Part shown: positions 48,278 to 60,756 of the stretch, piece after piece
How the letters are laid out: each line of letters starts with the position of its first letter
How positions within the stretch are numbered: the first letter of the stretch is position 1
NCBI RefSeq assembly: GCF_001194135.2
Contig: NC_068981.1
Span: 99,767,484-99,831,483 of the forward strand
DNA length: 64,000 nt
Reading direction: 5' to 3'
Origin: Octopus bimaculoides
Lineage: Eukaryota
Program-made: the position numbers and the translations under genes
Notes under the pieces: generated by a model
Told to the model about the DNA's origin: nothing
The model's input: only the letters and a program-made list of their open reading frames with translations
Databases searched by the model: none

Positions 48278-49869
48278 GCGCGAGCATATACATTCACATA
48301 CACACGCATGTAGATATTTGTTGGTTGAGTTAAAGAACTTGAAATTCCTTGCATGTTCTCTTTTTGGCACCTGATATTTGGAATTGGGAGAAATTCACTG
48401 AAATACTAAGGTACCTGTTTTAGGACTTCCCAGGCCCATTGCCATTGTTACTGAATCTCAAAAATACATGCATTTTATTTTTCTAGTGCCAGGGGGTAGA
48501 TTTTTAATTCCAAATAACAAAATAGATGTCACGTCAGATATTATCTGTCAGTCATTCTATGAATCTATGCTGGTACTTGAGCTTATCAATCCAGAAAGGA
48601 TGAAAGACAAAGTTGATGTAGGTGGGACTTTTACTTTAAGTGCAGAGAACTGGGACAAATACTGCAAGGCATTTTCTAACTGATGCATAAATGATTCTAT
48701 CAATTTGGCTCCATTATTCATACACACACACACACACTCACATTATCTACCCATCAACATTCCTGTATAGATTTGCAGATACATATATTTATGTATGTGT
48801 TTAGAAGTATATACACCTGTGTGTGCGTATGTGTATATAAATATATATGTGCGCATATAAATATATATTTATGTGTGTGTGTATCATTATCATATTTGTC
48901 ATCATTTAAAGTTCATGTTCCATGTTGGCATAAGTTGGATGGTTTGTCTGACAAGTAGAAAGGCTGCATTGTGCTCTACTGACTACTTTGGAATGGTTTC
49001 TGCAGCCAGAGGCCCTTCCTAACGTCAACAACTTTACAGCATATATTAGTTAGTTTTTTTGTTATTTTTTGTGGCATCAGCACTAGTGAGTTTGCCATGC
49101 ACCTTGTAAGACTACAAATCTCAAGAGGAGATGAGGTGTTTAAATACGAGAGCAGGGACTAGGTGAGAAAAGGTTTGTTGCTGAAGAGGTTATTCGCATT
49201 TTAGAAGAGAGGCTGTGGATGACAAGAATGAAGCTAGGAAGAAATGAAAATTGTAGTGATGAGGTGTCTGTGTGGATCCTTAATGTATAAGGAGAGCAGA
49301 AGTGAGTGGGAATAGGGCACAGAAGAATGGGGAGTGTAGGTGGGTAGAGACTGCAAGAGTGTATGGGAAATTAAGAGAGGGGTGTGATGAGGGGGTTGAT
49401 ATAAGGAATAAAGAACATGTCTTGAGGGATAAGAAGGAAAATCAGGGAAGAGTTGGTGACATATTTAGAGACTGGATAGGGTTAAGGGGGTGGCTGAAGT
49501 GAATGGTGGATAAGGGGTATGTATATGTGACTAATGATGCATTGCAGTGAAGAGTTACAGAACAGTGATGAAGAAACAGTACAAAGAGTAAGAATGAGAA
49601 CAGGACAAAGGTAGTATCTGGTTGTATAGGTTTCAAGAAAGTTGGTTTGTGTGTGTGTATAGGGACAGAGAAAAAGAAGCAAGGGGAGAGTGAAACACAT
49701 ATGTTGATGGAGGAGGAGAAAATTTGGTGGCTCAGAAGGTGATCACTGTAAAATGGTTACAGGTAGTGAGAAAGACTGAAAGATTTGTGGGATCAAGGAA
49801 TAGCTGCAGCCAGATAATGTTGAGTGGTAGGAATGTCTTGAGAAAGGAAATATAAACACACACACACAC

Positions 49870-51360
49870 ACACACACAACCCTTTCAAAATTTAGTTTCA
49901 TTGGGTAGGCCTTTTTAGGAACAATATATCACCAGTCAACCGAGGCCTGTGTCATCTGTTCTGTAAGATTCAAGGTCCTGAGGTCAGCCTTCATTTCTTC
50001 ATCCCATATTTTCCTAGATCTCCCACTTTTGCAAACTCTATTCACATTAACTGATCATGACTTCTTTATATAGGTGCTCTCATTCATATGCATCATATAT
50101 TCATACCAGTGCAGTCTTTTTTCTTGCACACTACATCTGATTTCTCTTATATCCAGTTTCTCCTTTCACATGTCTATCTGCTGTCATTCATATACACCTG
50201 CATTGCACATCTAAAGGAGCATGCTCACATTATTTCTTTCCAATTTTCTCAAGCTTCCTGCATTCAAGGCTCATGTCATACTACTTTGCAAAATTGCAGT
50301 TCTAACTCAAACACTATGCAATTTGCCCTTCACTCAGTAGGAAAACACTTTTGTTGTTCACAGTGGAAGTAGCTCCCCAAAGATTTTCCAACCCATTCTT
50401 ATCCAGGCTGCTGTAATTTCAGAGTAACCACCAATTCGGCTTATTACCTTCTAAGCAATAAAATCAACTACATCTAGTGAGCACCTGAGCATTTAAGAGA
50501 ATCTATTTCCCGTGTGTCCATTGAATATACTGCTCCAGTGCATCTATCACATACAAAGCTAATGTTCTTTGTCAGTCTGCCTATGATTTCTCTACATCTC
50601 TTGTGTATCTAAAGCTTATAACGGGTACAAAATATGGAGTTTCTACCTACTTCATTTCTGCATGCGGAGGCGCAATGGCCCAGTGGTTAGGGCAGCGGAC
50701 TCGCGGTCTTAAGATCGCGGTTTCGATTCCCAGACCGGGCGTTGTGAGTGTTTATTGAGCGAAAACACCTAAAGCTCCATGAGGCTCCAGCAGGAGATGG
50801 TGGCGAACCCTGCTGTACTCTTTCACCACAACTTTCTCTCATTCTTACTTCCTGTTTCTGTTGTGCCTGTAATTCAAATCAGCCTTGTCACACTGTGTCA
50901 CGCTGAATATCACCGAGAACTACGTTAAGGGTACACGTGTCTGTGGAGTGCTCAGCCACTTGCACGTTAATTTCATGAGCAGGCTGTTCCGTTGATCGGA
51001 TCAACTGGAACCCTCGACGTCGTAATGGAGTGCCAACAACAACAACATTTCTGCATATTGAGTAAGGCCTCTGAAGATGATAAGATCCTGTCTTCGTTTC
51101 TATGTACTAAAACTTTTGTCTTTGATAAGTTTACTTTAAGACCTCTCAGTTCTAGGCTTAGCATTCATGCCTGGAATTTCTTCTCTAATTTTCCCTATAG
51201 ATTCAGATAAGAGAACTAAAGCATTAGCATATCAGAATTTCTACAGATATTAATGTTAAACACCCTTGTGATGGACTATAGAACTATGATGAATAGGAGA
51301 AAACTGAGGATTGAGCCTTGGTGGACTCCTACCTTAATGCTAATTTCCTTGGTGAAATCA
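49870..51360 (-). mobile_element. RTE LINE fragment (same family as 33553-35470) interrupted by a SINE
   Basis: LRGLKVNLSKTK, then YSICR|NEVGRNS reading through once the SINE is removed. Downstream G..RSRK.WDEEMKADL. Confidence 0.8.
50664..51045 (+). mobile_element. SINE family D (tRNA-like head, (CAA)n tail), young, with 11-bp TSD
   Basis: Head 'gcggaggcgcaatggcccagtggttagggcagcggactcgcggtc...ggtttcgattcccagaccgggcg'. TSD catttctgcat at 50653-50663 and 51046-51056. Confidence 0.9.
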
Positions 51361-51560
51361 CTGTTGATGCTCACTGTATTTTATCCTTTGTCTTTCACTT
51401 GTTCCACTCATTAGACTGCAGCTATGTTGAGGTACCACATTGATGGATTTAGTCAAATATATATATACACTCGTACATACACACACACACACACACACAT
51501 ATATGTGTATATATTGTGTGTATCTTTTGGATTTAGTTAAATCCAATACCCTCCTCAACC

Positions 51561-51607
<47 letters not shown>

Positions 51608-51609
51608 TT

Positions 51610-51998
51610 TATCTTTTACATTAGACTGCAGCCATACTGTGGCACTGTCTTGAAGAATTTTGGTTGAACTTATCAACTCCCAGTACTTGCCCAGTACTGT
51701 TATCTTCTTGTAAAGCCTGGTACTTATTATATCAGTCTCTTTTGCTGAACCACTAAGTTATGGGGATGTAAACACACCAACACCAGTTGTCAAGCGATGA
51801 TGGGGGACAAACACATACACAAAGAGCCACACACACAGAGTTTCTGCCTACCAAATCCATGCATGAGGCCTTGGTCAGCTCAAGGCTATTGTAGAAGACA
51901 CTTGCTCAAGGTGCACCATAGAGGGACTGAACCTAGAACTATGTAATTAGGAAGCAAACTTCTTACCACGCAGCCACACACATACAGGTACACACACG

Positions 51999-52049
<51 letters not shown>

Positions 52050-52200
52050 ACAGGGCTTTATTCAGTTTTTTTGTCTACCAAATCCACTCACAAACCTTTG
52101 GTTGGCCTGGGGCTATAGTAGAAGACACTTCCCAAGGTACCACACAGTGGGACTAAGCCAGGAATCACGTGGTTGGGAAGTAAGCTTCTTACCACATAGC
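51610..52200 (-). mobile_element. Two adjacent family A SINE copies (about 51610-51980 and 52050-52200)
   Basis: The head and CORE-like segment occurs twice, separated by (CA)n. Confidence 0.7.
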
Positions 52201-52698
52201 CATGTTGTGTATTACTATGCATTACTTACTGCATGTTTGTACATAACTTGCACAGCCCTTACAAGCCATTTGTCTATGCCTATTTTTTTTTTAATGACCA
52301 AAGAATTACTGAATGTAGTAATCTGTCAAACACCTCCAAGCCAACAAATGCTAAAAATAGGTGGTTACACACACATACACACAATATATACACACATATA
52401 TGCGTGTGTGTGTATATGTACGGGTATATATATATATACATATATCTATATGTTTGTGCCCTAATTCTTCGAAACGCTTAGTTTAGAATAGGGGCAGCTG
52501 ATGAAAGAAATATTCTCTATGTGGCCTGTGTGTTTTCTGTGCTCTGTTTATATTCTGTTTTTCATTTTGTCCACGTTTTTTTATGATGTCCTGTACCCAG
52601 ATATGCATCTATATATACATGTAGATGTAAGTTTGTACATACATATACATATATATGCATATACTCATATATTATTTGTATTATTATATATGTTTGTG

Positions 52699-52735
<37 letters not shown>

Positions 52736-53375
52736 TGTCACATACACATACACACACACATACATACATACACTCTCTCTCTCTCTCAGACACACACACA
52801 CACAAACATGCACACGAGATATATATCACTTATATCAGGCAAATCTAAGGAGAAAATGAGTTGTGACTTGTTGGAAATGGAACCATCCCATTCTTCTAAC
52901 CACCTTCATTCTTAGTAGTGTCCTGGTGTATGTAGCCATTTTATGAGAAAAATCTCAAAAGCACAGGTGTGGAGTAACAGAGGTATGGACATGTCTTCAG
53001 AAGAAGAAATGAGAACGCATAACGATATTAAGACTATGATCTGAGTGATATGAGATCATTGTCTAGAGGTAGGAAAGCATTTCTAATGACAAAGTGTTTC
53101 CATGTAGCTAGAATAACACAACATTCTGGATAGTAGCAGTTTTATTATTGTTGTTGTAATTATTATTATATTTGTTGTAAATTTCCCACTAGTTGTTTGT
53201 TGTTTTCATGTGTATTTTATCTTTGCACTACTCCCAACAGCTTTGGCCCTTGTGTTCAATAAAGAAATTACTAATATTTTTAAATACTGTTATGTCTATA
53301 CACACACACACACACATACAAACGCACACACACACACAGAGTTTTATTTACATATATGAAAATTATATACATATT

Positions 53376-53435
<60 letters not shown>

Positions 53436-53675
53436 ATACACACACACATACACACACACATACACACACACACATAAATGATGTTTTTGTGAAAATGACA
53501 TGTGAGTGTATATGCACAATTATGAATATATACATGCCTACATAAATTGATGCACACATACATATAAATATACATACATTACACACACAGATGAATATAT
53601 GTATGTGTGTGATGTATGTTTAAGTGTGTGTGTATAAATATATACATTACACACATATATATACACACCACAGAA

Positions 53676-53709
<34 letters not shown>

Positions 53710-56379
53710 TTATGGACACTTATACATACTACACACACATGCATGTATTCATCGATGAGTGTGTCTGTGTGTTTGTATATGTGTCAGTGTGTGATATATG
53801 TATATCTATATATATGTGTGAATTATTTTATACATGTGTATATATTCATAATTGTGCATATACCTATGTATTTATATACGTATATATATGCACATCATTT
53901 TGACGATGCTTGTACTTTTGGGTTTTTTTTATTGTTGTTTTTATTCTTTATTATTTTTTACCCTAAAATATTTTCTCCCTCTCATTGTACTCCTATGTCT
54001 GTGCTAATATTAATCTTTGGGTGAAATAAAGAAATTATACTTCTAATTTATATAGATGTGAATGCGTATGTATTTGAGCATGGTCATTAACTGTCTCTGT
54101 ATATGGGACAGACAGAGGTGTGATTTGTATTGTCTTTTATTGATTGATGATTTTTCTATACCCATTCACCAGTGTTTTTAAATGATTTTTATTTGTGTAG
54201 CGCTTTTGGGAAATATAGAAAACATTGTTTACCTACTGTCCTTGAGGCAGATTATAAAGAAGTCATTATTATCAATGACATTGTCATTGTCGGTGTTGTG
54301 TTATCATTATCATTATTATTTTATCATCATCATTACTGGTAATTATGATTGTCATGATGACAGATAATCAAATTAAATGATGGGGTTACTGAGATGGAGT
54401 TGCATTGAAATAAAAGGTTAAAAAAAAAAAGAAAATATAAAGAACAAAATTTAAGTAGCTGTGTAAAGGGACGAAGAGCTAAGCTATTTAATAGGACCCT
54501 TCCATACCCTTTCCCCTCTAAACTGTAAATGATGGCAATAATAGAACACGGCAAGCATGAGAACTATAAATGTACAATAACTGGAGCAGTAACAGAAATG
54601 TTGGCAATAAAAAATAACAAAACAACATGAAAATAACAATAATTAGTGATTTCTTTGTAATAATGAGAATAACAACAAGGTAAAAGGCAAAATTGTGTGA
54701 AAGGTTGGGTATAGTCAAGTGAATATATCTCAGTATATTACTGGTACTTATTTGATCAAACCCAGCTAAAAAAAATTAATTTCAGTAATTTCCACAATAC
54801 CAAAAAAAAAAAAAAAATTATTAAAAATGACAATAAAAAACAATGCAATAAAATGAACATTATAAAAAAATTAATTTTATCACAAAAATGACATGAAGAC
54901 AGAAACAATTATAATGAGAATAAATTCTTTGATATAATAACACCTGTTGTATTATTAGTATAAATAGTAGTAGAATTTGTAGTACGAGAGGAAGAGTCAA
55001 TGAAATGAATGAACAGATAAATAAACAAACAGATGAAGATGTATTGAAGAACTCACAGAGAGAGTGATTAGCTCCACACCTCGTACACACTCAGTACAGC
55101 AGCTTTCGCCGAGAAAATGTTAACACTCATCGAATTGATGTCGATTGAACGAGTAAAGAGATGCTTAGAATTATGCTTGTGTGAAGCGGCACGTCTGAAC
55201 CTAGCTTGGAATATCACATGAATGCTAAGAAGAGCTGAGAAGAAGGTAGGGGGAGTCTAGAAAGAGTAATTCCTTTTTAAAACAATCACTTGGGGATAAA
55301 GAAAAACAGAGTGAAAGATAAAATCTATAAATATAACTAAAATCTGATGTTGAATTTATTGAAACGTGAATGGAAAATACATATATTTGAATTAAATTTA
55401 AGATTTGAAAAAAAACTTGAGTGGGAGAGAATTAAAACTGTTTATATTTATTTTAGAAAAAATTATTATTAGTGTTGTTGACATAAATAGCTGAAGCAAC
55501 AAATACCTGGAAAATAACATGCAAACAAAATGTAAATGAAAAGATTTCCTCACAAATAACTGTTTGATTTACTATGTCAATATTTTAGTAAATATGTGGT
55601 GAGTGTTGAAGAGGAAGAGGGTATGTCAACAACAACACACTTTCATTTCCTGGTTGTAATAATATAATTTCACTTACGTTGCAAATACTCTTCAGAAAGG
55701 CATGAATGCCACATAATGCTACCCTTGCCCCATATCAAATTTGTGACTTTGTACCAGTATAAGAAATCAATAATTTCTAAATATATAGGTGCTTATCATG
55801 GAGGAGGCAGTAACTGCTTGGAAAGTGAAGCCTGTGATTTGGTTTCAATTCCTGATTGAAATTAACTCATTTTACTTAATAAAAATATAAGAAAGGCATG
55901 AATATCATACAATCTCATTCCACTCCTATAATTTTGAAGCCTTGCGTCTATGTATAAAATCATTATTAGTAAATATTTACACATATTATCTAAAAAGTTA
56001 TTTTATATAAGGGTGCAAGGACTCAAAAATCTAGGAGAATAGAAAAGGGTTGATGTGACATTAATGCTGTATGAAGGGACTTAATATAAATGAAATAAAA
56101 AATTTTCAACTCCAGATCTAAATTTGGTAAAGAGTACAACCAAAGTGTAAATAAGACTAGATCAACTCTGACTGATAAATGCATTCAAATTGAATTAAAT
56201 TAAAAATATGAAATAAATTATAACTATCTAATATTAGTAGTAAATGGTAAAACTAAATACTAATGCTTTAATATTAACAATATTAATTGATTTACCTTTG
56301 CAAATAATGTTATTAAAAAACAAATTACCATTTCATTGTTAACTCTTGAAAAATCCAATTCTTGTGTAAGTATTCTTTT

Positions 56380-57025
56380 TAATTTTGGCACAAGGCCAGC
56401 ATTATTTTTTTTTGTTTTTGTTTTCGAGAGGAAGGGGAAGTCGCTTACATTGCCACCCCACCACTGAGCTTGGTTACATTTGAACTCAGAGCATAAAGAA
56501 CTGGAAGAAATGCCTCTAAGCATTTTGTCCTGTGTGATAATTCTTTTAGCTAGCTACCCTCATAATAATAATAATCCTTTCTACTAAAGACACAGGCCTG
56601 AAATTTTGGAGGAGGGGACCAGTCAATCACATTGACACCAGTGCTTCACTGGTACTTAATTTATTGACCCTGAAAGGATGAAAGGCAAAGTCGACCTCAG
56701 CGGAATTTGAACTCAGAGCATAGAGGCAGATGAAATACCACCAAGCATTTCGCCTAGCAAGCTATGATTCTGCCAGCTCACTGCTTTAATGATGATGATG
56801 ATGATAATAATAATAATAATTCTTTCCATTATAGGCACAAGGCCTGACATTTAGGAGGAGGAGGTGTTGATTACATCGACCTCAGTACACAACTGGTATT
56901 TATTTTATTAACCCTTGAAAGGATGAAAGGCAAAGTTGATCTTGGCGGAATTTGAACTCAAAAATTGAAGAGCCAGAAGGAATACTGCTAAGGATTTTGA
57001 GGTAACAATTCTGCCAGCTCACCAC
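56380..57025 (-). mobile_element. Three tandem family B SINEs (about 56380-56550, 56570-56790, 56815-57025)
   Basis: 'ggcacaaggcc...gaatttgaactca...ttctgccagctcac' repeated, separated by (ATA)n/(ATG)n tails. Confidence 0.75.
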
Positions 57026-57796
57026 CACCATATTCCTGTCTAAATATTAAAGATATAATATTTTAATATCCCATAACTGAAGGCTGAAGATTTAGATTTA
57101 TCATGCTATATTTCAATGGCATCTGTTAATTACTTTTCAAACCTTAATTCAAGTGTATTTAGGTCTCATGGGGTTAAGAAGAAAGGTATTTCTTCTATGT
57201 CAATACAAAGAATGCATTGCAAGTGAGAGGCATCAACCATTTATCTCAATTAACTTATGTATGAGAGTAGGCAATTATATCGATTAAACTTGTCCTTTTG
57301 TTTTCAAGTGATTATATTAATTAGTCCGAAGAGGAGAGTTAAACAGAGGCCATAACCTTTTCAGACCTCAGACCTTCATATATTGAAAAACAGGGATAAC
57401 TAGATGTTTATGTAGCTAATGATGTTGATTTTAAACTCTTGCAGAAAAAAAAAAAAAAACATGACCAAGGAGTTAGGGAGGAATACGGTTAGGGGAGAAA
57501 AAGATTTAGCTACTAATTTAGTTCAGGATATGAATTGAAGGAAGTAAATTAAGTTTCTTTTGAGCTATTTCTATTCCTTTCTGTCATTCATACTGGTACA
57601 ATTTCTGTCCCTCCATAAATTATCTGTAAAGAGATGGTTTCTACCAGTATTTAACATATATTATGAAGGACCCTTTATTGTAGTTATTTGATCTACCAGA
57701 ATTAGCATGTAAACCTTCACTAAATTACATCTTACTGTTTTTTAAAAAGAAAGGCTGGGCATATATTAGATAAAACAGTTTTAGATATTCTTTTAT

Positions 57797-58190
57797 TTTT
57801 TTACTTGCTTCAGTCATTTGACAGTGGACATGCTGGAGCACTGCCTCAAAGGGTCTTAGTCGAAGAAATCAACCCCAGGACTTATTCTTTGTAAGCCAAG
57901 TACTTATTCTATCGGTCTCTTTTACTGAACCACTAAGTTACAGGAATCTACACACATCAACATCAATTGTCAAGCGATGGTGGGGGGACAGACACAAAGA
58001 CACACATGCATAAATATATATATATATATATATATATANNNNNNNNNNNNNNNNNNNNNNNNNNNNNNNNNNNNNNNNNNNNNNNNNNNNNNNNNNNNNN
58101 NNNNNNNNNNNNNNNNNNNNNNGTCCAAGGTGCCATGCAGTGGAACTGAACCCAGAACCATGTGGTTGGGAAGCAAGCTTCTTATCACAC
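57797..58190 (-). mobile_element. SINE family A copy spanning a gap
   Basis: Collinear with 11410-11992. Confidence 0.8.
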
Positions 58191-58621
58191 ACCCCTTTTA
58201 AAATGAAGGGATAGTTACAGCTCAAATACTTTTGATTATAAACAACAATATTATATTATATGTAATTAAGGCCAATCCACGTAAGACTGCCCTTGATACA
58301 AACTTCCAAATTTTCATGTTAATTTATGTACCAAACATCAGCTTAAGAATGACAGTTATTTTAGTAAATTCCTAATTATTTTCAATATTATTTAAAATGA
58401 AAGGCAGTGTACTTAAAAAAAAAAAAATACAGTCATGGAAAGCTTAAGTAATGATGCATTGAATCATAAACTTTTATAGGACAAAAAGAAAAAAACCAAA
58501 GAAATTCTATCTTTAATTTCAATTTATATTTAATTTACCAAAATTAGTAAATGGGTATGAAGTATTTGTAAATTTACACACTATTTTACTGTCAACTCTT
58601 AATAGTTGATGATTTATTTAG

Positions 58622-58672
58622 ATTCTGACTATTCAATACTGAATATGTTCAAATATTGTTCCAAATCTAAAG
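58622..58672 (+). CDS. Candidate 51-bp internal exon (phase 1/1), xSDYSILNMFKYCSKSK; unverified
   Basis: T-rich acceptor 'gatttatttag', consensus donor 'AAG|GTAAGT', one open frame, not within a recognised repeat. No homology recognised. Confidence 0.2.
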
Positions 58673-59220
58673 GTAAGTGGTAACCGTTGATCTCACAGTT
58701 AAATATTGAATGAATTCTTCTCAAAACATTATTCAAATACTGTCAAGTCTGTTATGTTATTTAAGTGTCAACCACATATTTTTAAATGTCTCATAGACAG
58801 GAATTTACAGCTTAATTATGTGTGTGTGTCTAGCTCTAGCAGTGGTCTGCCCTTGGGTAGGTCCTGTGCATGTGAACCTTCTTCAGCACACTCTATATGA
58901 CCTGGGTTGGCCTGTACACTCCTCTGCCACCATGAAGTAAATTACTAGAACTACTGCAACCATGACTAGATTTGGGATGAATACTGGAGTGGTTTCCCAT
59001 TGCCATCTCCAGGCAGGTGGGATTTGAACTCAGAATGTAGAGAGGTGGAAGATATACCATAAAACATTTCCACTAATGTACCAACAATTCTGACACTCTA
59101 CCACCCACAGAGCAATGTAAAATGAAAAGTTTTGCTCAAAAACATAACATGCTACCTAGTTCAGGAATTGAATGTATGATCTAGTGAATGTGAGTGTAAC
59201 ATCCCAACCACCAAGCCATG

Positions 59221-59296
<76 letters not shown>

Positions 59297-59988
59297 CATA
59301 CATACATACATACATACTTCATGCATCAAGCAGTAAGGAAACTCTCCTGATAAAGAAACCAATCTATCACTATATCTGTCAATATTTAATTCTAGATTAA
59401 AATATACAACTCTTAATTAAGAAGAATTAGGAAAATATCAGTAACTCTTATCAGTTTGATTGAAAATTTTAAAACATGTTGAGCTTGGTATTCATGCTTT
59501 TAAGAACACTGATAAGTAATGTATTTATACAACAGAAATGTTGTATACTATAACTAGAATCTTTTATCTATCATCTTTTACTTGCTTCAGTCATTAGCCT
59601 GCAACCATGCTGGAGCACCACTGCTTTGAAGGATTTTTAATCAAATGAACTGACCCCATACATATATATGTGTGTGTGTGTGTGTGTGTGTTAAACTTAA
59701 CCGCTTTAATCTTGAATAATAATATGTATTTCTGTGTGTGTGTGCATGTTTGTGCCTATGTGTTAAGTGACCAATCTGTTATATTGCCATACAGTTTCAT
59801 AATATCATTGGGATGCTGTACACTTCATTAGGAACATGACATGAATGAATGATGCCAGTGGGCTGCTTTCATTACTTCTGTGAGGAAACATGCAACATAA
59901 ATCATTCTCTATATAGTAATTTTGTTATGCTTTTGGAGATTTTAAAAACATATATTGGTGAAGGGATATTTTTATACATGTATGTATG

Positions 59989-60057
<69 letters not shown>

Positions 60058-60391
60058 ACTTAAAACACACATGCATGTGCAGAATATCTGCCCATCTCTT
60101 CTGTAAGTGTACAGATTTACAAACATCCACAGGCAATGTGATTATTATCAAACTATTATTTAGATAGCATTGACATGTGTACATTACTCCCACCAACACT
60201 TCTATCACACAACCACTGATTTTATTTAAACATTCAAGTATAAAAGCTTGCTGAAGTGTCTGTCACTCTATTCTCTTTAATGACTTGATATAGAATAGCT
60301 GTCTTTGCCATCTACGTTCATTCTCATTTCACTCTCAACATTATATTATGTTTTCCAATGTAAGTGATATTGTTCTTGTAAAGTAACCCAG

Positions 60392-60435
60392 GTTTGATTT
60401 TCTTCAATGGTAAAGAAGTAACCTATCAAATACTT
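60392..60435 (+). CDS. Candidate 44-bp exon (phase 1/0), (G)LIFFNGKEVTYQIL; unverified
   Basis: Acceptor 'aacccag' with a weak pyrimidine tract; donor 'CTT|GTGAGT'. Phase is compatible with 58622-58672. Confidence 0.15.
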
Positions 60436-60528
60436 GTGAGTGATGCACAAATTCAGTATTCCGAACGTATGGACCACTTTGATCTGGGGGGGCCTGTATA
60501 AATTCCTGTTTTACAGATGTTGCTTATA

Positions 60529-60756
60529 TTAACCTTTTGGCATTCAGATTACTCGGTCAAATGTAATTCTTATTGATTTACAGTGTTTTGAATTGATCAT
60601 GTATTATTTTATGGCTCCAAGGTTTTGATAATGTGATTGTTTATTTTCAGAATGACTTGTGTAGGATAGGTGTGAAAGGTGAATTCGGCCTGTTTGAGCA
60701 TAACACAGATAGAATATTAGGACTTGATATGGCTAGCTTAAATGCTAAAGGGTTAA
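60529..60756. mobile_element. piggyBac-like MITE with TTAA target duplication
   Basis: TTAA (60529-60532) + ccttttggcatt ... aatgctaaaggg + TTAA (60753-60756). Confidence 0.7.

Noticed and set aside
50664-50740. Possible tRNA genes (also 37205-37285 and family A/B heads)
   Set aside because: A and B boxes are present, but there is no complete cloverleaf or oligo-T terminator. Each continues into a SINE body with a tail and, in two cases, a TSD.
53505-53870. ~80-bp inverted similarity (53505-53590 versus 53780-53870)
   Set aside because: It lies within degenerate TA/CA microsatellite where inverted matches arise easily; only about 22 bp is exact.
55676-55790. Strong minus-strand donor (AAC|GTAAGT) suggesting an exon
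   Set aside because: The upstream sequence resembles a decayed family B SINE tail and has no convincing acceptor or open frame.
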